Assembly (NCBI GenBank): GCA_021325135.1
Contig: JAJPHT010000004.1
Span: 1-64,000, forward strand
From: Pseudomonadota bacterium
GTDB taxonomy: Archaea; Thermoplasmatota; SW-10-69-26; JACQPN01; JAJPHT01
Length of the DNA stretch: 64,000 nucleotides
Direction: 5' to 3'
In this document: one piece after another, positions 39,236-49,368 of the stretch
How the letters are laid out: each line of letters starts with the position of its first letter
Position numbering within the stretch: the stretch's first letter is position 1
Made by a program: the position numbers and the translations under genes
Notes under the pieces: generated by a model
The model's input: the letters and a program-made list of their open reading frames with translations, nothing else
Told to the model about the DNA's origin: nothing
Databases searched by the model: none

Positions 39236-40912
39236 GTGGGCGAGCCCAGCCCGCTGTGGACCGACGAGTTCGGCCAGGCCGCGCCCACGGGCAAGCGCCT
39301 CCGCTGCAAGGGGTGGCGCCAGGAGGCCGCGCTGCGCCTGCTGAACAACAACCTCGACCCCGCCGTCGCGGAGCGCCCCGAGGAGCTCGTCGTCTACGGC
39401 GGCATCGGCCGCGCGGCGCGGACGTGGAAGGACTACGAGCGCATCGTCGAGACGCTCCAGCGCCTGGGCAACGACGAGACGATGCTCGTCCAGAGCGGGC
39501 GGCCCGTCGCCGTGTTCCGCACCCACGAGCGCGCGCCGCGCGTGCTCATCGCCAACAGCAACCTCGTGCCCCGCTGGGCGACGTGGGAGGAGTTCCGCCG
39601 CCTGGAGGCCGAGGGGCTCATGATGTACGGCCAGATGACCGCGGGAAGCTGGGCCTACATCGGCACGCAGGGCATCATCCAGGGGACCTACGAGACGTTC
39701 GCCGAGTGCGCGCGCCAGCACTTCGGGGGCTCGCTGAAGGGCCGCGTCGTCCTCACCGCGGGCCTGGGCGGCATGGGCGGCGCGCAGCCCCTGGCCGTCA
39801 CCATGAACGAGGGCGTCTGCCTCGCCGTCGAGGTCGACCCCACGCGCATCCAGAAGCGGCTGGAGACGCGCTACCTCATGGAGAAGGCGCGCGACCTGGA
39901 CGACGCCCTGGAGCGCGTCGCGCGGGCGAAGAAGGAGGGGCGCGCCCTGAGCGTCGGCCTCGAAGGCAACGCCAGCGACGTCCTGCCCGACCTCGTGCGT
40001 CGCGGCTGGACGCCCGACGTCGTCACGGACCAGACCAGCGCCCACGACGAGTACAACGGCTACGTGCCCGGCGGCATGGGCCTCGCCAGCGCGCTCGCGC
40101 TGCGCGCCCGCGACCCCAAGGAACACGCCGTCGCCGCGATCCGCAGCATGGGGCGCCACATGAGCGCGATCCTGGAGATGCAGCGCCGCGGCGCCCGCGC
40201 GTTCGACTACGGCAACAACCTCCGCGGGCAGGCCGTGAAGGCGGGCGTCTCCGAGGCCTTCGCCGTGGGCGGCTTCGTGCCCCTCTACATCCGCCCGCAG
40301 TTCTGCGAAGGCCGCGGCCCCTTCCGCTGGCTTGCCCTCAGCGGCGACAAGGAGGACATCTACAAGACCGACGCCGCGCTGCTGGAGCTTTTCCCCCACG
40401 ACGAAGGGCTGCGCCGCTGGCTCACCCTCGCGCAGCGCGACGTCGCGTTCCAGGGGCTCCCCGCCCGCGTGTGCTGGCTGGGCTACGGCGAGCGCGACCG
40501 CGCCGCGCTGCGGTTCAACGAGATGGTGCGCTCCGGCGAGCTCTCCGCCCCCATCGTCATCACGCGCGACCACCTGGACGCGGGCAGCGTCGCCTCGCCC
40601 TACCGCGAGACGGAGGCCATGCAGGACGGCAGCGACGCCGTGGCCGACTGGCCCATCCTCAACGCGCTGGTGAACGTCGCCGCGGGTGCCGACATCGTAT
40701 CCTTCCACCACGGGGGCGGCGTCGGCATGGGGCTCTCGCTCCACGCCAACATGCACGTCGTCCTCGACGGGAGCAAGCTCGCCGAGGAGAAGGCGCGCGC
40801 CGCGTTCCTCACCGACCCGGGCATGGGCGTCGTGCGCCACGCCGACGCGGGCTACGAGATCGCCAAGCGCGTCGCCCGCGAGCGGGGGCTCGACATGCCC
40901 TCCATCGAGTGA
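39236..40912 (+). CDS. hutU: Urocanate hydratase
   Basis: [55 protein letters not shown]. Confidence 0.98.
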   Translation: MGEPSPLWTDEFGQAAPTGKRLRCKGWRQEAALRLLNNNLDPAVAERPEELVVYGGIGRAARTWKDYERIVETLQRLGNDETMLVQSGRPVAVFRTHERAPRVLIANSNLVPRWATWEEFRRLEAEGLMMYGQMTAGSWAYIGTQGIIQGTYETFAECARQHFGGSLKGRVVLTAGLGGMGGAQPLAVTMNEGVCLAVEVDPTRIQKRLETRYLMEKARDLDDALERVARAKKEGRALSVGLEGNASDVLPDLVRRGWTPDVVTDQTSAHDEYNGYVPGGMGLASALALRARDPKEHAVAAIRSMGRHMSAILEMQRRGARAFDYGNNLRGQAVKAGVSEAFAVGGFVPLYIRPQFCEGRGPFRWLALSGDKEDIYKTDAALLELFPHDEGLRRWLTLAQRDVAFQGLPARVCWLGYGERDRAALRFNEMVRSGELSAPIVITRDHLDAGSVASPYRETEAMQDGSDAVADWPILNALVNVAAGADIVSFHHGGGVGMGLSLHANMHVVLDGSKLAEEKARAAFLTDPGMGVVRHADAGYEIAKRVARERGLDMPSIE

Positions 40913-40951
40913 TTCCCGGAGGAGCTTTAAGCCAACCTATATGCTCATGGG

Positions 40952-40974
40952 GTATCTACCATGCTTGTAGATAC
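40952..40974. promoter_or_regulatory. Probable antitoxin operator (8-bp inverted repeat)
   Basis: GTATCTAC-N7-GTAGATAC immediately before the antitoxin ATG, downstream of TTTAA/CTATAT boxes. Confidence 0.75.
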
Positions 40975-40975
40975 A

Positions 40976-41203
40976 ATGAACTCCGAGATCAGGAAGTGGG
41001 GCAACAGCTACGCCATCCGGGTCCCCAAGCCGGAGATCGAACGCCTGGGCCTGCACGAGGGGGACCGCGTCGAGGTCGAGCTTCGCAAGGCCGCGGGCCG
41101 CCGCAGCCCGAAGGTCTCCCTCGCGGGCCTTCCCGTGTTCCACGACACGGCCACGGACGTCAGCGCGCGGCACGACGACTACCTCTACGGTGGCCGCGAA
41201 TGA
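40976..41203 (+). CDS. vapB: AbrB/MazE-type antitoxin (VapB)
   Basis: IRKWGNS.AIRVPK......L.EGD.VEV; S..HD.YLYG tail. Confidence 0.9.
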   Translation: MNSEIRKWGNSYAIRVPKPEIERLGLHEGDRVEVELRKAAGRRSPKVSLAGLPVFHDTATDVSARHDDYLYGGRE

Positions 41204-41574
41204 GGATCGGCGACACCTCCGCCCTCTACGCCGCCTTCGTCGCCGAGGACGCGCACCACGCGCGCTCGCGCGCCGCGCTGGAGGACCCGGAGCCCGTGCT
41301 CGTGCCCACGGAGATCCTCGCCGAGACCATCGCCCTGCTGCAGCGGCGCCTGGGGTTCGAGCCCGCGCGCCAGGCCGGCGCCGCGCTGCGCGCGCTCCCC
41401 CACGTCCGCCTCGATGGCGCCTCCCCCAGCCTCGCCAACGCGGCGTGGGCCGAGTTCGAGCGCGCGGGCGGCCGCCTGAGCCTGCCCGACGCGTTCGTCG
41501 TCGCCTGGTGCCGCGCCGAGGGCGCCTCCCCCCTCTCGTTCGACCAGGGCGTCGTGCGCGCGGCGCGCCGGTAG
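41200..41574 (+). CDS. vapC: PIN-domain toxin (VapC)
   Basis: ATGA overlap; DTSAL.A....D..H, AE, LS..DA, SFD. Confidence 0.9.
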   Translation: MRIGDTSALYAAFVAEDAHHARSRAALEDPEPVLVPTEILAETIALLQRRLGFEPARQAGAALRALPHVRLDGASPSLANAAWAEFERAGGRLSLPDAFVVAWCRAEGASPLSFDQGVVRAARR

Positions 41575-41575
41575 C

Positions 41576-41815
41576 TCAGTTCAGGCGCGGCCCGCTCCAC
41601 GCCTTGGGCGTCCGCGCGTGCTCCAGGACGCGGCTGTGGATCTCCGCCTCCAAGGCCTTCATGCGCGTCTCCAGCTCGCGGGCCAGGAGGCCGTAGTGCT
41701 CGGGCTTGAGCCGGCCGCTGGCGAGGTTCACCCTCGCGCGCTGGAGATCGTTCGACAGGGTCCGCATGCGGACGCCCAGGTCGGCGGGCATCGGGAACGT
41801 TCGACGTGCATCCAT
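41576..41815 (-). CDS. Small hypothetical protein
   Basis: GAGG RBS; helical 79-aa ORF filling the gap. Confidence 0.45.
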   Translation of the reverse strand: MDARRTFPMPADLGVRMRTLSNDLQRARVNLASGRLKPEHYGLLARELETRMKALEAEIHSRVLEHARTPKAWSGPRLN

Positions 41816-41923
41816 CGGGACGAGGCCTCGGCCGCCCCTCCCGTTAGGGGCATCGGTCCGGCTCGCCGGCAACGAGGCATGTCGAAACCCTTTCCCGCTG
41901 GGGCCTCGGTGGCGGCTCCGCGC

Positions 41924-42865
41924 ATGCCGGGCGACCTCTTCGCGAGCACCGCGGCGGCCTGGTCGGCCCGCCCCTCCGATCCCCACGACGTGTTCTTCGC
42001 CCAGGTCGTCGAGAAGGGCCCCGCACGGCCGGACGCCCCGCCCGCGGTCGCCCTTTTCGGCGTCCCCTTCGACGGCGCGGTGCTGGGACGCCCCGGCGCG
42101 CGGGAGGGGCCCGACGCGATCCGTCACCACATGGCGCGCCTCAAGCCGTGGACCCTAGACGGCGGCGCCATGGACCGCACGATCTACGACTTCGGCAACG
42201 TGCGCGTCCCCCACGGCGACGTCGCGGCGGCGCACCAGGCGACGGAGAGCGCGGCGCTCGCCATCCTCCAGGGGGGCCACTTCCCCGTCGCGCTGGGGGG
42301 CGACCACTCGCTGACGTTCCCCCTGGCGAAGGCCCACGAGGGGCGCGTCCGCAAGCTGGGCGTCATCAACCTGGACGCGCACCTCGACGTGCGGGACGTC
42401 TCGGGCGTCCCCAACAGCGGCACCTCCTTCGGCCGCCTGCTGGACCTGGGCCTCGTGCCCGGCCCGAACCTCGTGGAGGTCGGCCTGAGGGACTTCGCCA
42501 ACGCGGACGCCTACGCGCGGAAGGCGCGCAAGGCGGGCGCCACGCTCTTCGGCGCGCAGGAGTGGATCGAGGACCCGCGCGGCGTCCTGCTGCACGCCAT
42601 CGAGATCGCCAGCCGCGACGCGGAGGGCGTCTACCTCAGCGTGGACCTCGACGTGCTCGACCAGGCGGAGGCGCCCGGCGTCAGCGCGCCCACCCCCGGC
42701 GGCGTCAGCAGCGCGCAGCTCAACGCCGCCATCCGCCTCATCGCGCAGCGCGCGCCCCTCATAGGCGCCGACTTCATGGAGGTGGCGCCGCCCCTGGACC
42801 GCGACGGGACGACCTCCCGCGCGGCGGCGTTCGCGGTGATGACGCTGCTGGGGGCGATGAAGTGA
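41924..42865 (+). CDS. hutG: Formimidoylglutamase (arginase family)
   Basis: GRPGA..GP, GGDHS, DAHLD, NSGT.F, SVDLDVLD, PGVSAP; hut context. Confidence 0.88.
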   Translation: MPGDLFASTAAAWSARPSDPHDVFFAQVVEKGPARPDAPPAVALFGVPFDGAVLGRPGAREGPDAIRHHMARLKPWTLDGGAMDRTIYDFGNVRVPHGDVAAAHQATESAALAILQGGHFPVALGGDHSLTFPLAKAHEGRVRKLGVINLDAHLDVRDVSGVPNSGTSFGRLLDLGLVPGPNLVEVGLRDFANADAYARKARKAGATLFGAQEWIEDPRGVLLHAIEIASRDAEGVYLSVDLDVLDQAEAPGVSAPTPGGVSSAQLNAAIRLIAQRAPLIGADFMEVAPPLDRDGTTSRAAAFAVMTLLGAMK

Positions 42866-44109
42866 CCGACACCCTCCTGCTCCACCACATCGGGGAGTTG
42901 GTCACCCTCGAAGGCGGCGCGCGCCGCGGCCGCCAGGAGATGAACGACCTGGGCATCGTGAAGGACGCCGCGGTGCTCGTGGAGGACGGCGTCGTCGAGG
43001 AGGTGGGCCCCAGCGAGAAGATGCTGCGCGCCGCGCCCACCGGCGCGGGGAAGATCCACTGCGGGGGGCGCGCCGTCGTGCCCGGCTTCGTGGACGCGCA
43101 CACGCACGCCGTGTTCGCGGGCGACCGCGTCGACGAGTTCGAGATGAAGCTCCAGGGCGCGTCCTACGCCGACATCCTGGCGCGGGGCGGCGGCATCCTC
43201 CACACGGTGCGCCTGACGCGCGAGGCGAGCCGCGCCGAGCTTCTCAAGGGCCTGCTCTCGCGCCTCTCCAGCATGATGGAGTACGGCACGACCACCGTCG
43301 AGGTGAAGAGCGGCTACGGCCTCGACCTGGAGACGGAGAAGCGCCTGCTGGAGGTCTGCCGCGCCGCGGACGAGCGCCACCCCATGGACGTCATCCCCAC
43401 CTTCCTGGGCGCGCACGCGGTCCCGCCCGAGTTCTCCAGCAGCCACGAGTACGCGCGCCACGTCGCGGAGAAGATGGTGCCCGAGGTCTCCGACCTCGCG
43501 GAGTTCGTGGACGTCTTCTGCGAGAAGGGCGTCTTCGACCCCGACGACTCGCGCCTCGTGCTGGAGGCCGGCGCGCAGCAGGGCATGCGCGTGAAGGTGC
43601 ACGCGGACGAGCTTGCCACCTCGGGCGGCTCGCTCCTGGCCGCGGACCTGGGCGCCGTGAGCGCGGACCACCTCCTGCACGCGGGCCCCAAGGAGCGCGA
43701 GGCGCTGGCCGACGCGGACGTGGCGTGCGTGCTGCTTCCCGCCACCGCGCTCTCCCTCAACGCCCCCTACGCCAACGCGCGGGCGCTCATCGACTCGGGC
43801 GCCCTCGTGGCGCTGGGCACCGACAACAACCCCAACTGCTACACCGAGAGCATGCCCTTCGTCATGGCGCTCGCATGCCACGGCATGCGCATGAGCCCCG
43901 CCGAGGCGCTGGTGGCCGCCACCGTGAACGCCGCCGCCGCCGTGGGGCGCGAGGACCGCGGCACCATCGAGGAGGGCTCGCTCGCGGACCTCGTGATCCT
44001 GGACGCGCCCTCCCATCGCTATCTTCCGTACCGCTTCGGCATGAACCCGGTCTGGCGCGTGCTCAAGCTGGGCGAGGTCGTCGTGGACTGGTCGAACCGG
44101 CGACGGTGA
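42862..44109 (+). CDS. hutI: Imidazolonepropionase
   Basis: PGFVDAHTH, GGGI, EVKSGYGL, FLGAH, DVFCE, HADE, SADHL, TD.NP. Confidence 0.96.
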   Translation: MTDTLLLHHIGELVTLEGGARRGRQEMNDLGIVKDAAVLVEDGVVEEVGPSEKMLRAAPTGAGKIHCGGRAVVPGFVDAHTHAVFAGDRVDEFEMKLQGASYADILARGGGILHTVRLTREASRAELLKGLLSRLSSMMEYGTTTVEVKSGYGLDLETEKRLLEVCRAADERHPMDVIPTFLGAHAVPPEFSSSHEYARHVAEKMVPEVSDLAEFVDVFCEKGVFDPDDSRLVLEAGAQQGMRVKVHADELATSGGSLLAADLGAVSADHLLHAGPKEREALADADVACVLLPATALSLNAPYANARALIDSGALVALGTDNNPNCYTESMPFVMALACHGMRMSPAEALVAATVNAAAAVGREDRGTIEEGSLADLVILDAPSHRYLPYRFGMNPVWRVLKLGEVVVDWSNRRR

Positions 44110-44112
44110 CGG

Positions 44113-44237
44113 CTCCCTTGGTCAGGGGTCCAAAGAACGCGACGAGCGCGAAGAGCGCCAAGGAGGCGAAGTCTCCTTTCGTCGCGTCCTTGGCGCTCTT
44201 CGCGCTCATCGCGTTCTCTGGACCCTTGACCAGGGAG
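44113..44237. repeat. Long imperfect inverted repeat (57-nt arms, 12-nt loop)
   Basis: Arms 44113-44169 and 44182-44237 differ by 4 substitutions and 1 bulge. Confidence 0.92.
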
Positions 44238-44292
44238 AGGCCTATCCGCGAGGCGCGCAGGCTCATCTGCCATGGGGCCCCATAGGGAGCGC

Positions 44293-45303
44293 GTGAAGGT
44301 CGAGACCCGCGGCCGCGGCGTGCTGCTCCCCGACCTCAAGCTCGCGCTGGACACCTCGGCCCCTGGCTTCGAGAGCGTCGTGAGCCACGCCCACGGCGAC
44401 CACATCCCGTGGGACGCGCGCCACGCGTGGGCCTCGCCCGAGACAGCCGACCTGCTCGCGATCCGCAAGCCCGACCTGCGCGTGACGACGCTCCCCTGGC
44501 GCGAGCCCGCGAAGGTGGGCCGCGCGAAGGTGACGCTCCTCCCGGCGGGCCACATCCTGGGCTCCGCGCTCACGCTGGTGGAGTCGCCCGAGGGGGAGCG
44601 CCTCCTCTACACGGCCGACACCAAGACGCGCCCCGCGCTCACGACGCCCACCGCGGAGTTCCCCGAGGCGGACGCGCTCGTGGTGGAGTCCACCTTCGGG
44701 CTTCCCATCTATCATTTCCCGCCCACGGAGGCGCTGCGCGCGACCGCGGCGCGCTGGGCGAAGGAGACGATCGCCGCGGGCGAGGTGCCCGTCTTCCTGG
44801 GCTACGCGCTGGGCAAGGGGCAGGAGCTTCTCGCGATCCTCCACGAGGGGGGCGTCCCCACCGTCGCGCACGGCGCGGTGTGGGCCATGTGCCAGGCCTA
44901 CGAGCGCCACGGCGTGAGCTTCCCCACGACGCGCCCCTACGAGCCGGGCAAGGTCGAAGGCGCCGCGCTGGTCGTGCCCGGCAGCTTCCGCGAGCACCCC
45001 ATGGTGACGAAGCTCGACGCGCGCCTCGCCTACTGCTCCGGCTGGGCGATGCTATCGAAATCGCGCGTCCAGATGGATGCCGACCTCCTGCTGCCGCTCT
45101 CGGACCACGCCGACTATCCGGGCCTCCTGGAGATCGTGGAGAAGGTGCGGCCGCGGAAGGTCTACGCGAACCACGGCTACGCCGACGTGCTGGCCCACCT
45201 CCTGCGCAAGCGCGGCCTCGACGCGGCGCCCCTGAGCGTCGGGCACGTGGACGAGGACGAGGGCGGGACGGGGCAGACGACGCTGGAGGGGCGCTCCGCG
45301 TGA
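44293..45303 (+). CDS. Ligase-associated MBL-fold/beta-CASP exonuclease
   Basis: SHAHGDH, PAGHILGS, ESTFG.P, YALGK.Q, SGW, LSDHAD, HG. Confidence 0.9.
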   Translation: MKVETRGRGVLLPDLKLALDTSAPGFESVVSHAHGDHIPWDARHAWASPETADLLAIRKPDLRVTTLPWREPAKVGRAKVTLLPAGHILGSALTLVESPEGERLLYTADTKTRPALTTPTAEFPEADALVVESTFGLPIYHFPPTEALRATAARWAKETIAAGEVPVFLGYALGKGQELLAILHEGGVPTVAHGAVWAMCQAYERHGVSFPTTRPYEPGKVEGAALVVPGSFREHPMVTKLDARLAYCSGWAMLSKSRVQMDADLLLPLSDHADYPGLLEIVEKVRPRKVYANHGYADVLAHLLRKRGLDAAPLSVGHVDEDEGGTGQTTLEGRSA

Positions 45304-46985
45304 GGTTCCGCGACGTGGCGGAGGCCGCGGAGGCGGTGGGCAACGTCCGCGGCACGCACGCCAAGCGGGACGTCGTCGCGGCGCTCCTCGTCCGGGCGGA
45401 CGACGCGAGCCTGCCCCACGCCGCGCGCTTCCTCTCCGGCTCGCCCTTCGCGCGGGCCGACGACCGCGTCCTCCAGGTGGGGTGGGCCACGCTCCAGCGC
45501 GCGGCCCTGGCGATCGTCCCCTTCGACGAGACGGTCTGGCACGCGTGCCACCGCGCGACGGGCGACACGGGCGAGACGCTGGGCCTCCTCGTGGGCGCGT
45601 ACCCGCCCAAGCGGCAGAGCGCGCAGCGCACCCTCGTCGACCTGGGCGGCGCGGAGGAGATGAGCGTGGAGGAGGCGGCGCAGACCTACGCGCGCCTCGC
45701 CGCCGCGACCGCCGCCGCGAAGCCGAAGCTGCTGGAGGACGCCTGGCGCCGCATGAGCGCCATCGAGGTGAAGTACTTCACCAAGGTCATGACCGGCGGC
45801 ATGCGCATCGGCCTCGCGGAATCGCTCGTGGAGGAGGCCATCGCCAAGGCCTTCGGCCGCGACGTCGCCGCGGTGCGCCAGGCCAACATGATATCAGGCG
45901 ACGTGGGCGAGACCGCGCTCCAGGCGAGGCGCGGCCGCCTGGGCGAGGCCGTCTTCCGCATGTTCCACCCCCTGGGCTTCATGCTGGCGAACCCCCTGGA
46001 CGAGGCGCCGGACGACCCCACACCCTACGCGGTGGAGGACAAGCTGGACGGCATCCGCGCGCAGCTCCACGCGACGCCCGGCCGCGCCGAGGTCTACACG
46101 CGCACCCTGGAGGAGGCGGGCGAGTTCCCCGAGATCGTGGACGCCGCGAAGCGCATCGGCCACGAGGTCGTGCTCGACGGCGAGGTGATCGCGGTGAGGG
46201 CCGACGGAAGGGTGGCGCCCTTCGCGCTGCTCCAGAGGAGGCTGGGCCGCAAGCTCGTGAGCGCCGCCCTGCGCGCCGAGGTGCCCGTGCGCTACGTCGC
46301 CTACGACGTGCTCTTCCTGGACGGCGAGCCCATCTACCGCAAGCCGTGGACGGAGCGCCGCGCCGCGCTGGAGTCCCTGGGCCTCTCGGGGCTCCTGGGC
46401 GTCTCGCCCTGGCGGCGCCTGGCGACGAAGGCCGAGGCCGAGGCAGCCTTCGAGGAGTCGCGCGCCCGCGGCAACGAGGGCCTCATGTTCAAGCGCGTCG
46501 AGTCGCCCTACGAGCTGGGCAAGCGCGGCAACCAGTGGCTGAAGCTGAAGCGCGCCTTCGCGACGCTGGACGTCGTCGTCACGGCCGCCGAGGTGGGGCA
46601 CGGCAAGCGCGCGGGCCTCCTCAGCGACGTGACCTTCGCCGTGCGCGACGAGGGGGGCGGCCTGGCGAACGTGGGCAAGGCGTACACGGGCCTCACCGAC
46701 GAGGAGATCCGCCGCATGACCGCGCTCCTCAAGCAGATCACGCTGGAGCGCTACGGGAGCGTCCACGTCGTGCGCCCCGAGATCGTCCTGGAGGTCGCCT
46801 TCGACAGCGTGACGCGCAGCAGGCGCCACAAGTCGGGCTACGCGCTGCGCTTCCCCCGCATCGCGCGCTGGCGCACCGACAAGCCCCCCTCCGAGATCGA
46901 TACCGTGGCGCGCGTCGAGGAGCTTTGGAGGCTCTCGGGCGGGGCCGAAACGAGCGAAGCGAGCGAGGCGCGGTCGAGGCGCTAG
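45300..46985 (+). CDS. lig: ATP-dependent DNA ligase
   Basis: EDKLDGIRAQ (motif I), LDGE, YD.L, EGLM.K, WLKLK, ALRFPR..R.R.DK. Confidence 0.96.
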   Translation: MRFRDVAEAAEAVGNVRGTHAKRDVVAALLVRADDASLPHAARFLSGSPFARADDRVLQVGWATLQRAALAIVPFDETVWHACHRATGDTGETLGLLVGAYPPKRQSAQRTLVDLGGAEEMSVEEAAQTYARLAAATAAAKPKLLEDAWRRMSAIEVKYFTKVMTGGMRIGLAESLVEEAIAKAFGRDVAAVRQANMISGDVGETALQARRGRLGEAVFRMFHPLGFMLANPLDEAPDDPTPYAVEDKLDGIRAQLHATPGRAEVYTRTLEEAGEFPEIVDAAKRIGHEVVLDGEVIAVRADGRVAPFALLQRRLGRKLVSAALRAEVPVRYVAYDVLFLDGEPIYRKPWTERRAALESLGLSGLLGVSPWRRLATKAEAEAAFEESRARGNEGLMFKRVESPYELGKRGNQWLKLKRAFATLDVVVTAAEVGHGKRAGLLSDVTFAVRDEGGGLANVGKAYTGLTDEEIRRMTALLKQITLERYGSVHVVRPEIVLEVAFDSVTRSRRHKSGYALRFPRIARWRTDKPPSEIDTVARVEELWRLSGGAETSEASEARSRR

Positions 46986-47074
46986 CTTCGGCCAGCGGCG
47001 GCGCCCTTGGATAACAACCGAACCACAACGGGCATCCCGGGCCTGACGGGTCATCCCCAACGAGGTCTGGTTCG

Positions 47075-47653
47075 ATGGTGGCCCTTGCTTCCGGCCCGAT
47101 CCTGACGCCCGCTCCCCGCACCCGGCGCGCCGGGCTTGCCCAGCAGGAGCGCATCGTCGCCATCGTGCGCGCGGCCCCCGGGCTCCTCGTGGGCGAGCTG
47201 CAGCAGCGCGCCCAGATCGGGTGGGGCACGCTCTGCCACCACCTCCCGCGCCTCGTCGAGGCGGGCCGCATCCGCGTCGTCCGCGTCGGGCGCCGCCGCC
47301 TGGTCTACCCCATCGAGGCCCGCGGCGCCGCGGAAGCCAGCTGCGCCGACGCGATCCTGCGCGGCAAGACGGCGCGCCGCATCGCCGAGGCCATCCACGC
47401 GCGCCCCGGCTCCTCCGTCTCCGGCGTCGCGTTCGAGGCCGGCGAGTCCGAGCGCGCGACCTACTACCACGTCCGGCGCCTCATCCAGGTGGGGCTCGTG
47501 ACCTCCGGCTCCGCGACGCGCCTGAAGGACCTGCGCCCCGCGCCCGGCCTCGCGGCCCGCCTTGAGGCCGAGGCCGCTGCCGCCGCGCCCGCGTCCGCGC
47601 CCCTGGCGGCTCCGCAAGCTATTCAACCACGCCTCGCCGTCGGCGCCTCGTGA
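47075..47653 (+). CDS. Tandem winged-helix transcriptional regulator
   Basis: Two PG....EL/VA...HL/HV..L...G wHTH units. Confidence 0.8.
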   Translation: MVALASGPILTPAPRTRRAGLAQQERIVAIVRAAPGLLVGELQQRAQIGWGTLCHHLPRLVEAGRIRVVRVGRRRLVYPIEARGAAEASCADAILRGKTARRIAEAIHARPGSSVSGVAFEAGESERATYYHVRRLIQVGLVTSGSATRLKDLRPAPGLAARLEAEAAAAAPASAPLAAPQAIQPRLAVGAS

Positions 47654-48339
47654 TCCGGCGCAGCGGCGGCGACTGGGACTCCGTGGGCATCAACCACAAG
47701 ACGCTCCACGTCCTGGCCTACTCGTGGCACAACAAGCTGCTCGCGCGCACCAAGGGACTGGAGCACCTGCCGCGCACGGGCGGCTTCCTCTACGCCGGCA
47801 ACCACACCTCGTGGTGGGACCCCATCCTCATGTCCGCCACGTTCGAGCGCCCCGTGCACTACCTGGCCAAGCACAGCGTCGCCAAGGGCCCCATCTCCAA
47901 GTGGTTCTTCTTCCAGAGCGGCGGCGCCATCCCCGTGGACCGCAACGCGCGCAACCCCGAGGCCTACCGCGCCGCGGTCACCGCGCTGAAGAACGGCCAG
48001 ATCGTGGGCATCTTCCCCGAGGCCACGCGCTACGTGGGCCAGCTCGGCCCCGCGAAGACGGGCGTCGCGCGCCTCGCGCTGGAGGCCGGCGTCCCCGTCA
48101 TCCCCGCCGCCTTCGCGACGGACCGGTTCTGGCCCCCGAAGAAGACGCTCCCCGATTTGCGCGAGACGGTCTACATCCACATCGGCGCGCCCATGCGCTT
48201 CAGCGGCGACGCGCAGGACGAGGCCGTCGCGCGCAAGGTCACCGACGAGATCATGGCCGAGATCGGACGCCTGCTGCGAGAGGCCAAGGCGGCGCGCGAC
48301 GCCAAGGAGCCCTGGCCGAAGGTGCGGGGGATGCAGTAG
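47650..48339 (+). CDS. plsC: Lysophospholipid acyltransferase (PlsC family)
   Basis: NHTSWWD (HX4D), LAK, IPVDR, IFPEATR, KTGVARLA. Confidence 0.92.
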   Translation: MIRRSGGDWDSVGINHKTLHVLAYSWHNKLLARTKGLEHLPRTGGFLYAGNHTSWWDPILMSATFERPVHYLAKHSVAKGPISKWFFFQSGGAIPVDRNARNPEAYRAAVTALKNGQIVGIFPEATRYVGQLGPAKTGVARLALEAGVPVIPAAFATDRFWPPKKTLPDLRETVYIHIGAPMRFSGDAQDEAVARKVTDEIMAEIGRLLREAKAARDAKEPWPKVRGMQ

Positions 48340-48399
48340 AGAGGATCGAAAGAAGAAGCGCGCCTCCCGTGCGGGCGGTCATCGGCGCTTTGGCGGGGC

Positions 48400-49236
48400 T
48401 TAGGAGTTCGCCGCGAGGGTGCCGATGGTGGCCGCCTGGGACATCGCGCCGCCGCTGTCCTCGGAGACGCCGCTCTGGAGGAAGAGCCAGTAGCCGTCGT
48501 CGCCGCCGTGGCCGATGGCGCAGACGGGGTCCGGGCCAGGGCTCCAGGTGTCGACCCACACGTGCAGGCAGTCGTGGGCATCCGTGTCGGGCGTGATGCT
48601 GCCGTCGGTCTCGCACACCGCGCCGTCGGGGCCGTCGGTGATGGGGTCGAGCGCGTCCTCGACCGCGGGCGCCTGGGTCTCGACGATGCCTTCGGCCGCG
48701 TCCAGCGCGTCATCGGCCGTGGAGCCCGCCGGCGCCGGCAGGAGGGCACCGACCGCGTCCGAGATGTCCCCCTTGACGGGGACGACGATGGGACCGCCGG
48801 TGTCGTCGACGCCCCAGGTACCGCCCACGTGCAGGACCACCGTGTCCGTGGCGACGCCGGAGGTCGAGTGGACGTTGAGGTCGTAGCCGCAGTTGTCCGC
48901 CAGGTCCCACTCGGTGGACGAGCCGAAGAAGCCGCCGCCGACGCCCGCGTCAAGGTCGCCGTCGAAGTCGCCGGGGACGTGATCGCCGTTGCAGTCCACC
49001 GTGTTCGTGTCCTGGACGGTCACGAAGCCCGCGCTGGCGCCGCCAACGGAGCCCGTGGGGGCGCCGGAAGTCTGCTCGGAGAGCGTGTTGGAGTTCGCGC
49101 CCAGCGAGCCGGCCACGTTGTACGTGTGCACCGGCTGGTTCGCGCCAACGCACACGCTGTTCGCGTTCACGACGACGACGGCGTGCGCCATCGCCACGGC
49201 GACAAGAGCGCCGAGAAGAATCGAAGTCTTGTTCAT
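48400..49236 (-). CDS. Secreted acidic six-Cys protein, paralog 2 of 3 (with about 45-aa insertion)
   Basis: Signal peptide MNKTSILLGAL...; same conserved blocks as the other paralogs. Confidence 0.9.
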   Translation of the reverse strand: MNKTSILLGALVAVAMAHAVVVVNANSVCVGANQPVHTYNVAGSLGANSNTLSEQTSGAPTGSVGGASAGFVTVQDTNTVDCNGDHVPGDFDGDLDAGVGGGFFGSSTEWDLADNCGYDLNVHSTSGVATDTVVLHVGGTWGVDDTGGPIVVPVKGDISDAVGALLPAPAGSTADDALDAAEGIVETQAPAVEDALDPITDGPDGAVCETDGSITPDTDAHDCLHVWVDTWSPGPDPVCAIGHGGDDGYWLFLQSGVSEDSGGAMSQAATIGTLAANS

Positions 49237-49368
49237 GGGTTTAGCCTTCCGCCAGCCCAACAGGCCAGCGGGGTGTAACAAGCGACGTCGTGCAAGCCAA
49301 TTGCGGAGGATTGCTGTGAGGATAACAATTCAACCCTAAGGCCGCTTCGATCCTAACTCCGCGCGCCG

